A DNA stretch of 64,000 nt from an uncultured Collinsella sp. GTDB taxonomy: Bacteria > Actinomycetota > Coriobacteriia > Coriobacteriales > Coriobacteriaceae. A program made the translations under genes and the position numbers. The stretch is from positions 6,071-70,070 of the forward strand of contig CAUAWV010000007.1 of the NCBI GenBank assembly GCA_958433005.1, in the 5' to 3' direction. Every line of letters begins with the position of its first letter. Position 1 is the first letter of the stretch. This document shows positions 9,216-22,400 of the stretch, piece after piece. Under the pieces are notes generated by a model. The model saw nothing but the letters and a program-made list of their open reading frames with translations, was not told the DNA's origin and made no database searches.

Positions 9216-10354
9216 TCTACCTGGATAACGCGGCGACGACCATGCACAAGCCTCAGACGGTCATCGATGCCGTGACGCAGGCGATGTGCTCGCTCGGCAA
9301 TGCCGGGCGCGGTGCCACGTCGGGTGCCCTCGATGCCGCTCGTACGATTCACGCTTGCCGTACCAAGCTCGCGCGCCTTTTGGGCTGCCCGAGGGCGGAC
9401 CATGTGTGCTTTACGCCCAACTCCACGGCGGCGCTCAACACCGCCATCTGTGGCGTGGTGCGTCCCGGTGACCGCGTGGTCACGACGGTGCTTGAGCACA
9501 ACTCGGTGCTGCGTCCGCTCAATCGCTTGGCGACGGAGCAGGGTGTGACGGTTGAGCATGCGGGCTGCGACGCGAACGGCGCGCTCGACTACGACGAGCT
9601 CGAGCGGCTGGTCACGCCCGGTACGCGTGCCGTGGTGGTGACGCATGCCTCTAATGTGACCGGCAACGCGGTCGACATTGCGCGCGTGGCGGCCATGGCC
9701 CATGCGGCCGGTGCGCTGGTGATCGTCGATGCCTCGCAGTCTGCCGGTACGGCGCATATCGATATGCAGGCCATGGGGCTCGACGTGGTGTGCTTTACCG
9801 GCCACAAGGGGCTCATGGGCCCGCAGGGCACCGGCGGCCTGGCCGTGGCGGAGGGCGTCGACGTGGCGCCCTGGGCCATGGGCGGCACGGGCGTGCACAG
9901 CTTCGATGCGTTGCAGCCCATGGAGTGGCCCACGCGGCTCGAGGCGGGCACGCTCAACGGTCACGGCATAGCGGGCCTTTCCGCAGGTCTCGACTTTATC
10001 GAGGCGCAAGGCGGGGTCGAGGCGATTGCGGCGCATGAGCGAGCACTGGCGGATCGCTTTCTCGCTGGCGTGCGCGAAATCCCGGAGATCAAGCTCTACG
10101 GCGCTTTTGACCAGCCGTCGCGCTCGGCGATCGTCTCGCTCAACGTGGGTGATATCGACTCTGCCGAGATCTCGGACGCGCTCATGCAGGGGTGGGGGAT
10201 TGCGACGCGCTCCGGCGCCCATTGCGCTCCGCTCATGCACCGCGCGCTGGGAACCGAGCGCCAGGGCGTGATTCGGTTCTCGTTTGGTTACTTCAATACG
10301 GCCGAGGAAGTCGACATGGCGATTGAGGCTCTGCGCGATTTGAGCTGCGATTAG
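9212..10354 (+). CDS. Class-V PLP-dependent cysteine desulfurase / selenocysteine lyase family enzyme.
   Basis: 'MIYLDNAATT' N-terminus. PLP-lysine region 'CFTGHKGLMGPQGTGGL'. Active-site Cys loop 'RSGAHCAPL'. Adjacent to selD, yedF and DUF3343. Confidence 0.8.
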   Translation: MIYLDNAATTMHKPQTVIDAVTQAMCSLGNAGRGATSGALDAARTIHACRTKLARLLGCPRADHVCFTPNSTAALNTAICGVVRPGDRVVTTVLEHNSVLRPLNRLATEQGVTVEHAGCDANGALDYDELERLVTPGTRAVVVTHASNVTGNAVDIARVAAMAHAAGALVIVDASQSAGTAHIDMQAMGLDVVCFTGHKGLMGPQGTGGLAVAEGVDVAPWAMGGTGVHSFDALQPMEWPTRLEAGTLNGHGIAGLSAGLDFIEAQGGVEAIAAHERALADRFLAGVREIPEIKLYGAFDQPSRSAIVSLNVGDIDSAEISDALMQGWGIATRSGAHCAPLMHRALGTERQGVIRFSFGYFNTAEEVDMAIEALRDLSCD

Positions 10355-10392
10355 ACCAACCTTTTGCGCCCTTAGATAAACCGTTTGCGCTA

Positions 10393-10475
10393 CCTTCCCG
10401 CATTGTCGCTTATACAGGGTAATGTGAAATGATGGCCCACTCTGGGACTCTGTATCTTTGCGAATTGCGGGAAGG
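10393..10475 (+). promoter_or_regulatory. 5'-leader inverted repeat that pairs the ribosome-binding site of the giant surface-protein gene with an upstream anti-SD sequence.
   Basis: CCTTCCCGCA (10393..10402) is the exact reverse complement of TGCGGGAAGG (10466..10475). The latter contains the GGGAAGG Shine-Dalgarno 6 nt before ATG 10481. Confidence 0.45.
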
Positions 10476-10480
10476 TTCCT

Positions 10481-13400
10481 ATGAACAGGATCACTGCTGC
10501 CCTCTATAGGTTTTTGGTTGTCTATCTTTCGGTCGCGATGGTCGTGACCTCGATACCGCTTGCGCCCCGCGCGGCTTATGCCGATGACGCCGGGGCGGTC
10601 GCCGTCGAGAGCGAGGCCCAAGAGACCGACTCGAGTTCTGACGCTGATGTCCATGCGGTCGATAACGCGTCATCTTCGGGCGAGGGCAGCTCATCCACAG
10701 CTTCCGACCAAACGAATAACGCTCAGGACGAATCGTCCAGCTCGGATACCAGCACTTCCACGTCGAGCTTGGCCCAAGACCTTTCGATCTCCGCGACCGA
10801 TTCTGATGCAGCAAAGAGCTTGGTTGCCACGGCGGAACCCTCGTCCGATGACAGCGAAGTCGATCCCCTCCTGTATGAGGACCCAACGGTCTACGAGTAT
10901 GCCAAGCTTATGCCGAACGGCTATGTGTATCCGTGCGATGCAAGCGGAAGCGTTACGGTAGAGATCGATGGAAACGACCCGTACGGGAGCTCTGTCGACG
11001 GTAAATTGGTAACCAATCTGATCGTTGATTACGGAGTGGATGGGGTCCCCGGATATATTTGTGAGTATTCCTCCAATTTGCGTTCGGTGCGTTTTGAGAA
11101 CAGCTCTATTTCTTCAATTGGACTACACGCCTTTTCTGGGTGCTCCAATCTCGCCGATATCAGCTTTTCCGGTATGACCATTGGGGGCATCGGAACAGAG
11201 GCGTTTTCTGGGTGCGGATCGCTTACGAGCCTGAACATTAATGACGTTGCTACCATCGGCTCTATGGGCGATGCCGCGTTTGCCTGGAGCGGGCTGCGGT
11301 CTACGGGTCTCGACAAGGTCGTTGGTCTCAGTTCGATTCCTGAGAACGCTTATAATGCCTGCAGCGCTCTGACCGATACCGGTCTGGGCGGGAACACATC
11401 CATCACGTCAATCGGCGTTAATGCGTTCAAAAACTGCTCCCGCCTTGCGACGACCGGACTTGAGAGCAATACGACGATCAAGACGCTCCGCGAAGGTTGC
11501 TTCTCCGGGACCAATATGAGCGGCGGGCTGACGCTGCCCCTTTATTCCAAAATCGAGGAACTGCCGAGCCGTGCGTTCTATGGCTCTAAGCTCGAAACCG
11601 TGTACCTTGGGTGCGACCATGTGGTGCTCATTAATTCCACCACGTTTCCCAAGCAATACATGACTGTCATGGTCCCTGCCAAGATGGTTTCGCAATACGA
11701 AAGCGGCCACCCTAAAGAGGTTTGGGAGAGCTGTAATGGTAGCCTGCCCGTCCCCGTAGGCAAGATGCTCCAAAAGATTGAGATCTCGCGTGATCCCGAC
11801 AAGATGGCCTATCAGCCGGGGGAAAAGATCTCGCTCGAGGGCATGAGTGTCACATTTCAATATCCTCATTCGACGATGGATAGCGACTACGAAGCGCTCA
11901 TAAAGGAAGAACTCGGCGAATACCTTACGGCGACCCCCTGCGATGGTGATGTCTTCGACGAGTCGATGGACGGAGAACCTATACAGCTCGTGTACGACGA
12001 TGGCTACACGCGCCTTGTCGCGTACAGCAAGGGCAACCTGCAGCAGGCAGCCTACGAGTATGCCAAGCTCATGCCCAACTACTATCTGTATCCGTGCGAC
12101 GCAAACGGAAATCTTACGGTAGAAATCGATGAAAACAACCCGCGCGAGAACTCTGTCGATGGTCGAATGGTAACGAATTTGATTGTCGATTACGGGGTTG
12201 ATGAAGTCGACGCACAGCTCTGCGCCGACTCTACCAATCTGCGCTCAGTGCGCTTCGAGAACAGTTCCATTTCCAAAATCGGATTGCACGCCTTCTATAA
12301 CTGCCCGAATCTCACCGATATCAGCCTTTCCGGTATGACCATCGGCACCATCGGAAAAGAGGCGTTCTATGGCTGCAAGTCGCTTACGAGCCTGAACATC
12401 AGCGAGACTACTACCATTGTCTCGATGGGCTATGCCGCGTTTGCCGACAGTGGGCTGGTGTCCACGGGGCTCGACAAGGTTGTCGGCCTCACATCGATTC
12501 CCGACAGAGCCTACGAAGGCTGCAAGGCTCTGACCGATACCGGCCTGGACAAGAATACCTCCATTACATCGATTGGCGTTTGCGCGTTCAGGTTCTGCTC
12601 GAACCTTGCTACCACAGGGCTCGAGAGCAACACAACGGTCCAAACGCTTGGCCACACCTGCTTCTACGGCACCGACTTGAGCGGCGGGCTGACGCTGCCA
12701 TATAACTCCAAGATCGAGGAGTTGCCGGAAAAGGCGTTTGGCAGCACCAATCTCGAGACCGTGTTCTTTGGGTGCAACCATGCGGTGCTCATTAACACCG
12801 ACACGTTCCCCAAATACAACATGACCGTCATGGTTCCCGCCAAGATGATTCCGAAGTATGCTAACGGGCATCCCAAAGCTGTTTGGGAGAGGTGCAACGG
12901 CTGCCTGCCCGTCCCCGTGGGCAAGGTGCTCGAGGACGTTGAGATCTCATGCGACCCCAACAACATGACCTATGAGACGGGGGAGACCATTTCGCTCGAG
13001 GGCATGAGCGTTGAGCTCCATTACCCGCATACGGTATCGATTTGGGACTACGAGGCCCTCATACAGGAAGAGCTCGGCGAGTACCTTACGGCCACCCCCT
13101 GCGACGGCGACGTCTTCGATGAGTCGATGGACGGACAGCCCGTAAAGCTCGTGTATGACGACGGCTATTCGCATTTTGAATCCCAGACCAAGGGCACGCT
13201 ACAGCTCAAGAAGCCTGAGCCGACGTCGTTCCAGATCTCCTATGCCCAAACGATCGATAAAGGCGAACGCAAGCTGATGGACGGCGTTGAACTGTCCGAT
13301 GTTTCCGGCGCGACGACGATTGATGCGGGCGACGAGGTCACGCTCGATGCCGGTGCTCTAGGAATGCTCAACGACAACATCACGTTTAAGGGCTGGTATG

Positions 13401-16400
13401 ATACCGAGTCCGGCAAGTACATCTCCAAGGAAGCGGCTTGCACGTTTACGCCAGATAAGGACCTGTCCCTGGAGGCTCGCTTTAAGCTCAAGGACTATGC
13501 GGTGCATGTCAACGATGCGCAGGCGACCGATTCGTCACAGGACTTTGCGCACCTGAGTGTTACCGCCCAAAACTGCTATCGCAATGCCGGCGAGACGGTT
13601 GAGGTTTCCGCCGTCACGGATAACGCCCTGTTCCTGGGCTGGTATCTGGGCGAGGGCGATGATGCGTACGCCGCGAGCGATCAGCTCGACTTTACCTATA
13701 CGGTGGACAAGGCGGACGCGATTGTGTCCGAGGACAAGACTGACGCTAGGATCGAGATCACGCCGCGCTACTGCGCTCCCCAGGCAAGCGTTGTGCTGAG
13801 TGTGGACGGGGTCGATGAGAACGGGCAGCCGCTCGGGCAGTTCCTTTCCACCGGTCTGTACGGCATCGGGTCGCGCGTGACGGTCGTGGCGGTGCCAATG
13901 CCTGGCTATGTGTTTGACTACGCGACCGATGCCCTCGGCAACGTTGTCTTTACCGGGGACGATGGTCCGTCCTACACGTTTGTGCTCGAGGGGGATGTGC
14001 AGTACACCGCGCATTTCCGCGAGGAGACTGACCCCGACGAGTCACTCGCGGCGCTGAAGGCCGCGCTCATCGCCGCAATTACGGCTGCGGCCGTTCTCGC
14101 TACCATGTATGGCTTGGGCGAGATCGTCGACCCCATCGCGGCCGACGCAGTGATCGAGATCGGTATGGCCGACAATATTGAGGATGTTGCCGCTGTGGGC
14201 ACCAAGGTGCTCAAGGAGATTAAGGACATCATCGATGACCACAAGAAGCCCAAGCCTCATGGCGACCATAAGATCGAAATAATTACCACCGCGCAGCCCG
14301 AGGTGGGCGGCGTCGTTACCGGAGGCGGTATCCACTATGAGGGGACGGTCGCCACGCTCGAGGCTGTCGCAAATCCCGGCTATCGCTTCGTATGTTGGAA
14401 AGAGAACGGCGTCGAGGTCTCGACATCTCCTCTCAAGACGATGACGATCACGGACCTGACGCCCGAGGTTGTAAAGATGACGGCCGTTTTCGAGAAAAAA
14501 GTCGAGATTACGGCCGTTGCCGAAGCCGATGGCATTCAGGCCGATTTTTCGACAGGCTGCACCGCAAGCCCCGTAAAGCAGAGCATTACACGTGGCGATC
14601 AGGCTATGGTCACCGCGAGCGAGGGTCCCGACTATGCCTTTGTGGGATGGTTTGAGGACGGCGTCGAGGTTTCGCCCGAGCGTACGTATATCTTTAAGGC
14701 CGAGGTCGACCGCCATCTGGTTGCACGCTTCCGCAAGGCGGATAAGACCATCCTGGTGAATACCGATCCCTTCGATAGCGCCGAGGTGCTGTGCGATGGC
14801 GTGCCGGTCGTGGACGGTAAGGTTCGCGCGAAGGATGGGGACATTCTCACGTTTACGATGCGGCCCAAGGTACGCCCCGACAATCCGGAGAAAACGTACC
14901 GGTTTGTGGAATGGCGCGAAACCGATGCGCAGGGCATCACGATTGCCAACAAGCAGGAAGTTTGCGAATACCGCGTTAACGGGAATGCCCGGATCGAGGC
15001 CGTGATGGACGGCAGGGATGCGCATACCGTGCGTGCCGAGGCCGACCCGCTCGAGGGCGGTACCGTTACGCTGAAGCGTGGCGAGACTGCTGGCATGGTA
15101 CTCGAGGTTCCCGAAGGCGAGCGTGTGACCGCGGAGGCCACCCCATCCGAGGGCTATATCTTTGACGGCTGGTATTTGAGCAACGGCGGCTCGGATGTCA
15201 CCTCGACGCTGGTTTCGAGCGAGCGCTCTTATACCTTTGAGCCCATTACCGACTGCGTGATCCAAGCGAAGTTTACGCGCGCCTGCAAGGTAGACGTGGT
15301 CGTTGAGCCGGCCGCGGCCATGGCGGGCAAATATTTGGTGCACGGCGAGGGCTACTGCATGAAGGGCGAGCCTGCCACGCTGAGCATTGAGCTTACGGCC
15401 GAGGCGAGCAAACAATTTACCTTTAAGGGCTGGTACGACGCCAAGACGGACCTGCTTTTGGGCACCGACCCCAGCTACCTTGAGTTCTATCCCGAGGACG
15501 TGGAATGCACGGTGCGTGCGGTGTTTGAGGAAAACACGTATACCGTGACGGCGAAGGCAAAAAAGACCTTTGTGGAGCGGGGTACCGTTGAGATCGAGGG
15601 GCATCCGGGCGCATCTTCTGTTACTTGTGGCTACGGCGATACGGTGATGCTCAAGGCAAAGGCCAACGACGGCTATCGTTTTGACCATTGGAAGGATGAC
15701 TCCGGTAAGGAGTACGACACCGCCGAGCTGGTCGTCAAGGTTACCAAGAGCGATACCTATACCGCGATCTTTACCGACTCAAAACCCGAGGTCATGGTCA
15801 CCGCCGATTCATGGCTCGGCGGTACCGTGACGTGCAATGGGACCGTGGTGAAGCCTACGACCGATACGTTCAAATTAGGGGAAACCCTTCATTTGACGGC
15901 CAAGGCCCATCCTGGCTTTTTGTTCCGGGGTTGGTGCGTCAATGGCCGCCTGAAGAGCCTTAAGCACGAGACCTCGTTGGTTGCGAAGGCTCGCGGTAAA
16001 ACCGGGCACTGCGTTATTACCGCGGGCTTTGTGCCTATCGATACCGTCTGCGTGCCCCTCGCCGATCCTGCGGAGGGTGGCACCGTCAAGGCGAGCCGCG
16101 TTCTTGCGGACCGCGGCGCGGAGGTTGCCCTTAAGGCAACACCCAATCCCGGTTATGTCTTTACTGGTTGGTATACGGCAGACGGCACGTTTGAGTCTGC
16201 CGATGCGGAGTTCACCTGCCACCAGGAGCGCAGCCATGTGCACATCGCTCGCTTTATGGCAAAAAGCTATGAAGTCGACGCCACGACGGTAGTCGATTCC
16301 GGCACCGGTTCGCTGATCGAATCGAGTGTCGCCGGCTGGGTCGAGGGCACGGGTACCGTCGAGGCGGGGCATGCCGCCACGCTGACTGCGCATGCGCTTT

Positions 16401-19400
16401 CGGGCTATGCGTTTGAGTATTGGGCCGATGCCTCGGGCGCCGTGGTAAGCCGCGACACCACCTATCACGTGGTGCCGACGTCTGACACGGCGCTCCAGGC
16501 CGTGTTCTCGGCAAAGCAATATACGGTGGACGTCTCGTGCGAAGAGAGCATGGGCACGGTCGAGGGCGCGGGGGCGTATGCCGCTGGACAGGTCGCAACC
16601 GTGCGTGCGGTCGCCGCCGAGGATACGGCTTTTGTGGGCTGGTTCCGTAACGGCACATGCGTGAGCTCCAAGAAAACCTATCGATTTACCGTGCGTGAGG
16701 ATACGTCGCTCTATGCCCTCTTTGCGTCGGGTTCGTATGTCGTGCATACCGTTGCTTCGCCTGCCGAGGGCGGAGCCGTGAGCGGCTTTGGTGGCTATGA
16801 GTCCGGCGACCGCGCAACGCTTTGTGCGACTGCAAACACCGGGTATTCGTTTGCGGGTTGGACGGACGACAAGGGCGACTCAGTCAGCGAGAACGCCGAC
16901 TATACCGTTAAGGTCACGGGCAACGCCACCTATACGGCGACCTTTACGCCTAAGTCCTATCAGGTCGTTTTGAGTGCGAGCGACGATAACGTTGGCACCC
17001 TGAGCGGCGAGGGCTCCTATCAATTCGGTGATACGGTCGAACTCAACGCTACGCCTATGGGAACCAAACGTTTTGTCGGCTGGTATGTCCTGGATGCCGA
17101 GGGCAACAAGTCGCTGCTGAGCTGCGACGCTCATTGTTGGGTTAAGCTCGACGAGGATATGGTCGAGGGGCTCGAGGACGATACGTTGGAGCTCCAGGCC
17201 GTGTTTGCCGATCCGTACGAGGTGACCGTTACGGGCGAGGTCGTGGTGAAGGACAAGACTTCGAACAGGGGCTGCCGTGTTACGGGCAGCGGTAGCTTTG
17301 CCGTGGGCGATCAGGTGGAACTGACCGCTGTTGCCGGCATGGGCTATCGCTTTGTGGGCTGGAGCACCGATAAGGAGGGCACCTCGATTGTCGAGACTGC
17401 GACGACCCTCGATGTGACTGCCACGCAGGACATAACGTACTACGCGCAGTTCGAATCCGATGGACAGGTGACCATTACCGTCACTGGCTCGTCCATCTTC
17501 CGCGGTACGGCCCTTCTGGTCGACGGCATTCCTGCCGGCAGCAGGTCCTACGACAGGGGCGACATGTTTATGGCGATCGCGATTCCGTGGAAGAAGCACC
17601 ACTTCTCGCATTGGGTCGACGATGCGGGTGTCACGGTGAGCTATAGCGCGTTCTATATCGGTACCGCAAAGGAGAATAGGCAGCTTACGGCCGTGTTCTA
17701 TGAGACGGGCTGCGATGTTCAGGTCGCTACGTATCCTAAGGATGCTGGCTTTTCGATGGTAGCGCTCGGTACGGGTGGCTCCTACCACTCCGCGGCGATT
17801 ATGTTTACCGTGCCGCATAAGGGTTGGAAGTTTAAATACTGGGTCGATGAGAACGGCATGCCCGTTGGCTTTACGCCGGTCATTAACCGCGTGGTGTTTG
17901 GCAACCGAACCTTTACGGCCGTTTATGAACGGGCGACGATGTCGGTGACGGCGGTTGATCCGCGTCAGGGCGGACACGTCGAGGGCTCCTCCGAGGACGA
18001 ATCTCTGGGCTATGCCGTGACCAACGAAGTCGAGAACGGTGAGTCCACGACCCTGACTGCCGTTCCCGATGCGGGGTATGTGTTCGATGGGTGGTATGCG
18101 CGCAATGACGACGGGTCGTTGGGCGATGAGCCACTGAGCACGGATGCTACCTGGACGTTTGTCCCCGAGGATAACATGACTGTCGAGGCGCGCTTTGCGG
18201 AGGCGCCTAAGTACAAGGTGACGGCCCGAGCGGTCAACGGATCGGTTGATTCGGAGTCTGCTTTGGTCGCTACGGATGGCAAGGTGACGCTTTCGGCGAC
18301 GCCCGATGAGGGCTGCTACCTGACGCGCGTGACCGTTGCCGAAGAGGCAGGCGATGACGGTTCGGCCGGCAATGCCTATGACCTTGATATTTCCGACTAT
18401 AAGGGTGGGGCGTACGAGGTCACACTGAGTGGCGTGAGTGCTCCGCAGCAGGTTACATTCGAATTCGCGAAGGCTGCGGCTCCGGAGGTGCTCGCTCAGC
18501 CGCAGGATGCAAGCGCTTACGAGGGCGATCCGGTTGATCTTTCGGTCGCCGCCGAGGCGGGGCGCAACGTTCGCGTCCATGCGGCCGTGTCTTCTGGATC
18601 CGCTGCAGACGTCAAGCTGAGCTACCAGTGGTATCGCGTGTCTGACGATAGCGGCAAGGCGGTGGCGCTGAAGGGCGAGGCGGGGGAGACTCTTTCGATC
18701 GCCCAGCTCGACAGCGACGGCGAAGGCGAGTACTTCTGTCGCATTACGCAGAACTACCTGGGCACGGTGACAAAGACGGATACCGAACATGCAAAGGTAT
18801 CCATCGTGCCGCGAGAAGCACTTGTGTTTAACGGGCGTGTGCTGCCGGTGGCGACCGCTCACGATGAGTACCGTGCAGAGATTGCCGGCGCTACGGGCGG
18901 CAAGGCACCGTATGCGTACAACTTGGATGATGTTGAGGTTCCTGAGGGCATGCAGCTGACGCTGGCAGATGACGGATCGGGCGCCTTGGTGCTCTCGGGC
19001 GTGCCTGCGGCTACGGGTGTGCATAGCTTCAAGATTAGGTGCACTGATGACCTGGGCAACAAGTGCGATGCGCACTTCGCGCTGCTCGTGAAGGCGAAGG
19101 AAGCCCCGCTTACATTTGAGGGCCAGACCTTTACCTACAACGCGACGGCGCAGGCCCCGGAGCTTTCGGGCGTGCCCGAGGGTTGCGAGGACGATGTCAA
19201 ACTGACCTATGTTGGCACGGGCGACACACATTACTCGTCTGATAAGGCGCCGGTGGATGCCGGCACGTATCGTGCGGTGGTGACGCTCGACGCCAAGGGA
19301 TATGTCGGTAATGCCTCCTGTGACTTCACGATCGAGAAGGCCCCGGTCGATATTTCGATCGAGACGTCCGATGTGACATACGATGGCGCACGACACAGTG

Positions 19401-22400
19401 CGGCGGTTGCGGTTGCCGGCCTTGATGCGTCCGCCTATTCCGTTGTCTATCGAGGTATAGATGGAACGTCCTATGGTCCGACGGCGCTGGAGCCGTGCGA
19501 CAGTGGCAACTACCGCGTCACGGTTAAGGTGACTGACCCCAATTATCAGGGTAAAAAGTCCGCCGAGTTCTCGATTACAAAGGCAAGCCAGGTTATTACG
19601 GGAACGACGAGCTATTCGGGTGTATACGGTGGAGACCCCATCGTGTTTAACAACGTTGCCCAGACTCCCGTGAGCTTTGAGCTGGTCGATTCCGATGACG
19701 ATGCGAGCCCGGTTTCGATTAAGGGACGCTGCGCGACGGTGAAGGCCGCCGGTACGGCGCGTGTTGTCGCCCATGCCGCTGCCTCGCGTAACTATCTTGC
19801 CGCCGAGGACGTCGAGTTGTCGGTTTCCGTTGCACCTGCCCAGTTGCTGGTGAAGGTCGACGATGCCGAGCGCTTTGAGGGCCAGGAAAATCCCGAGTTT
19901 ACCTCCAGCTTGGTGAGCCGTTGCGACACCTCGGACGTAAAGGTTACGTACTTCTGCTCGGCGAATAAGAAATCGCCGGCGGGTGAGTACCAGATCGACG
20001 CGGCGGTTGCCGATCCGAACTTTGATGTCGCGGTCGACCCCGGTACACTGACGGTCAAGAAGAAGCCCGAACACTACAAAGTGACGGCGAAGGCAGTCAA
20101 CGGTTCGGTCGACAACGACTTGGTTTCGGTCGTTGAGGGCGGGGATGCGACCCTCTCGGCGACGCCCGACGAGGGCTGCTACCTCGAGCGCGTGACGGTC
20201 GCGCAGGCCGGCTCAGATGCGACCGTTGACCTCGACATTTCTGATTACAAGGGCGGGGCGTACAAGGTCTCGCTGAGCGATGTCACCGCATCGCAGGAGG
20301 TCACGTTCGAGTTTGCGAAGGCGGACGCTCCGCGTGTGGTCGCGCAGCCGCAGGACGTGAGCGTCCATGAGGGCGATTCGGCTGTGCTCTCGGTTGTGGC
20401 CGACGCAGGCAAGAACGTCGCCGACCACGCGACCTCGTCCACGGGGTGCGCTGCCGAGGTTGAGCTTTCCTACCAGTGGTTCCGCATGGTGAATGGCAAG
20501 GCCGTGGCGCTCGATGGCGAGACGGGGGAGACGCTCTCGCTCGCGGACCTCGATGACGAGCAGGCCGGCGAGTACTTCTGTCGCATCACTCAACGCTACC
20601 TTGATACTGAGAAGCAGACGGACAGTGATTGCGCCTCCGTCTCCGTCGTTGCCTGGGACACCCTTGTGTTTAACGGCGACCTGCTGCCGGCAGCGAGCGC
20701 CCACAGTACGTACATCGCTACGATTGCCGGGGCCGCGGGCGGCAAGGCTCCGTACGAGTACGCATGGGATGAGACGAAGCTCCCCGACGGGCTCAAGCTC
20801 TCCCGTACTTCGGGCGGCCTGACGCTCTCTGGTGTTCCGTCCAAGACGGGCGTTTCCGCCTTCGAAATCACGTGCACGGATGTCCGTGGCGAGGCCATGA
20901 CCGCCCGCTTTGCGTTCGTTGTCCAGGCAAAGCGCGTAAAGCTAACGTTTGCGGATAGCGACTTTACGTTTAATGGCGCGTCGCAGGCGCCCGAAGTTTC
21001 CGGTGCTCCCAAGGTCTGCAAGGGTGACCTTAAGGTCTGGTACTACGGATGCGGAAGTACGCAATATTCCTCGACGGATGCCCCGACCGATGCCGGCGCA
21101 TACCGCGCTGTCGTCACGCTGCGCAGCCACGGCTACATCGGTGCCGCTGCCTGCGAGTTCGAGATCGCTCCGGCAAAGCTCAAGGTGAAGGTTGACGACG
21201 CCGAGCGCTTCGAGGGAGAGGCGAACCCAGCGTTTACCTCGAGCCTGGAGAGTGCGGTTGACACTTCGGGTGTGAAGGTCGAGTACTCCTGCGATGCCGA
21301 TGAGAGCTCTCCTGCTGGCGTGTACCAGATCGGCGCGACGGTCACCGATCCGAATTTCGATGTCGAGGTCGTGCCCGGAACGCTGACGGTGAAAAAGAAG
21401 CAGGAGCCCGTCGATCCCGACCCGGACAACCCGGATCCCGGTCAGCCTGATCCCAACCCCGACCCGGATAATCCGGAGCCGGACAATCCAGATAACCCTG
21501 ACCCGGACAACCCGGATCCCGATCAGCCTGATCCCAACCCCGACCCGGATAATCCGGAACCCGATAATCCTGATCCGGACCCCAAGCCTGATCCCGATAA
21601 CCCCGACCCTGATAACCCCGAGCCCGATAACCCGGACAAGCCCGAGCGCTTTGAGGTGACGGCAAAGGCGGTCAACGGTTCGGTCGACAACGCTTCCGTC
21701 ACCGTTGATGCGGGCGGCGACGTGACGCTCTCGGCGACGCCCGACGAGGGCTGCTACCTCGAGCGGGTGACGGTCACGGAAGCCGGCTCGGACAAGGCCA
21801 TCGATCTCGATATTTCCGGCTATGAGGGCGGAGCGTACAAGGTCACGCTGAGCGGCGTCACCGCGTCGCACGAGATTACGTTCGAGTTCGCGAAAGCGGA
21901 CGCTCCGAAGGTGATTGCGCAGCCACAGGACGCGAGTGCCTACGAGGGCGATGCTGTCGTACTCTCGGTCGCGGCCGAAGCGGGGGAGAGCGTGGCCGAC
22001 CATGCGGGCTCGTCCACGGGTCCTGCCGGCGATGTCGAGCTCTCCTACCAGTGGTTCCATATGGTCGACGGCAAAGCCGTGGCGCTTGAGGGCGAGACGG
22101 GGGAGACGCTCCTCATCGAGGGCCTTGATGGCGATTGCGCCGGCGAGTATTTCTGCCGTGTCACTCAGCGCTACCTTGGTACCGAGATGCAAGCGGACAG
22201 CGATCGCGCTGTCGTTTCCGTTGTGCCCCGGGATGCCCTCGTGTTCAACGGCGGTCTGCTGCCGGTTGCACGTGCGCATAGCACGTATCGCGCGACGATT
22301 TTGGGTGCCGCGGGTGGCGAAGCTCCGTATGAGTACACGTGGGACGAAGCTAAGCTCCCCGACGGGTTTAAGCTCACCCGCACGGCGGGCGGTCTGACGC

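Noticed and set aside
14042-15688. 548-aa ORF on the - strand
   Set aside because: Antisense to the giant surface-protein gene. No motifs. The same applies to 16880..20074 (1064 aa), 20942..22639 and 12245..12871.
21412-21640. Regularly spaced short repeats that superficially resemble a CRISPR-like periodic array
   Set aside because: They lie inside a continuous ORF and encode a Pro/Asp linker. The repeat period is about 15-30 nt with no spacer-sized unique segments. This is a coding microsatellite, not CRISPR.
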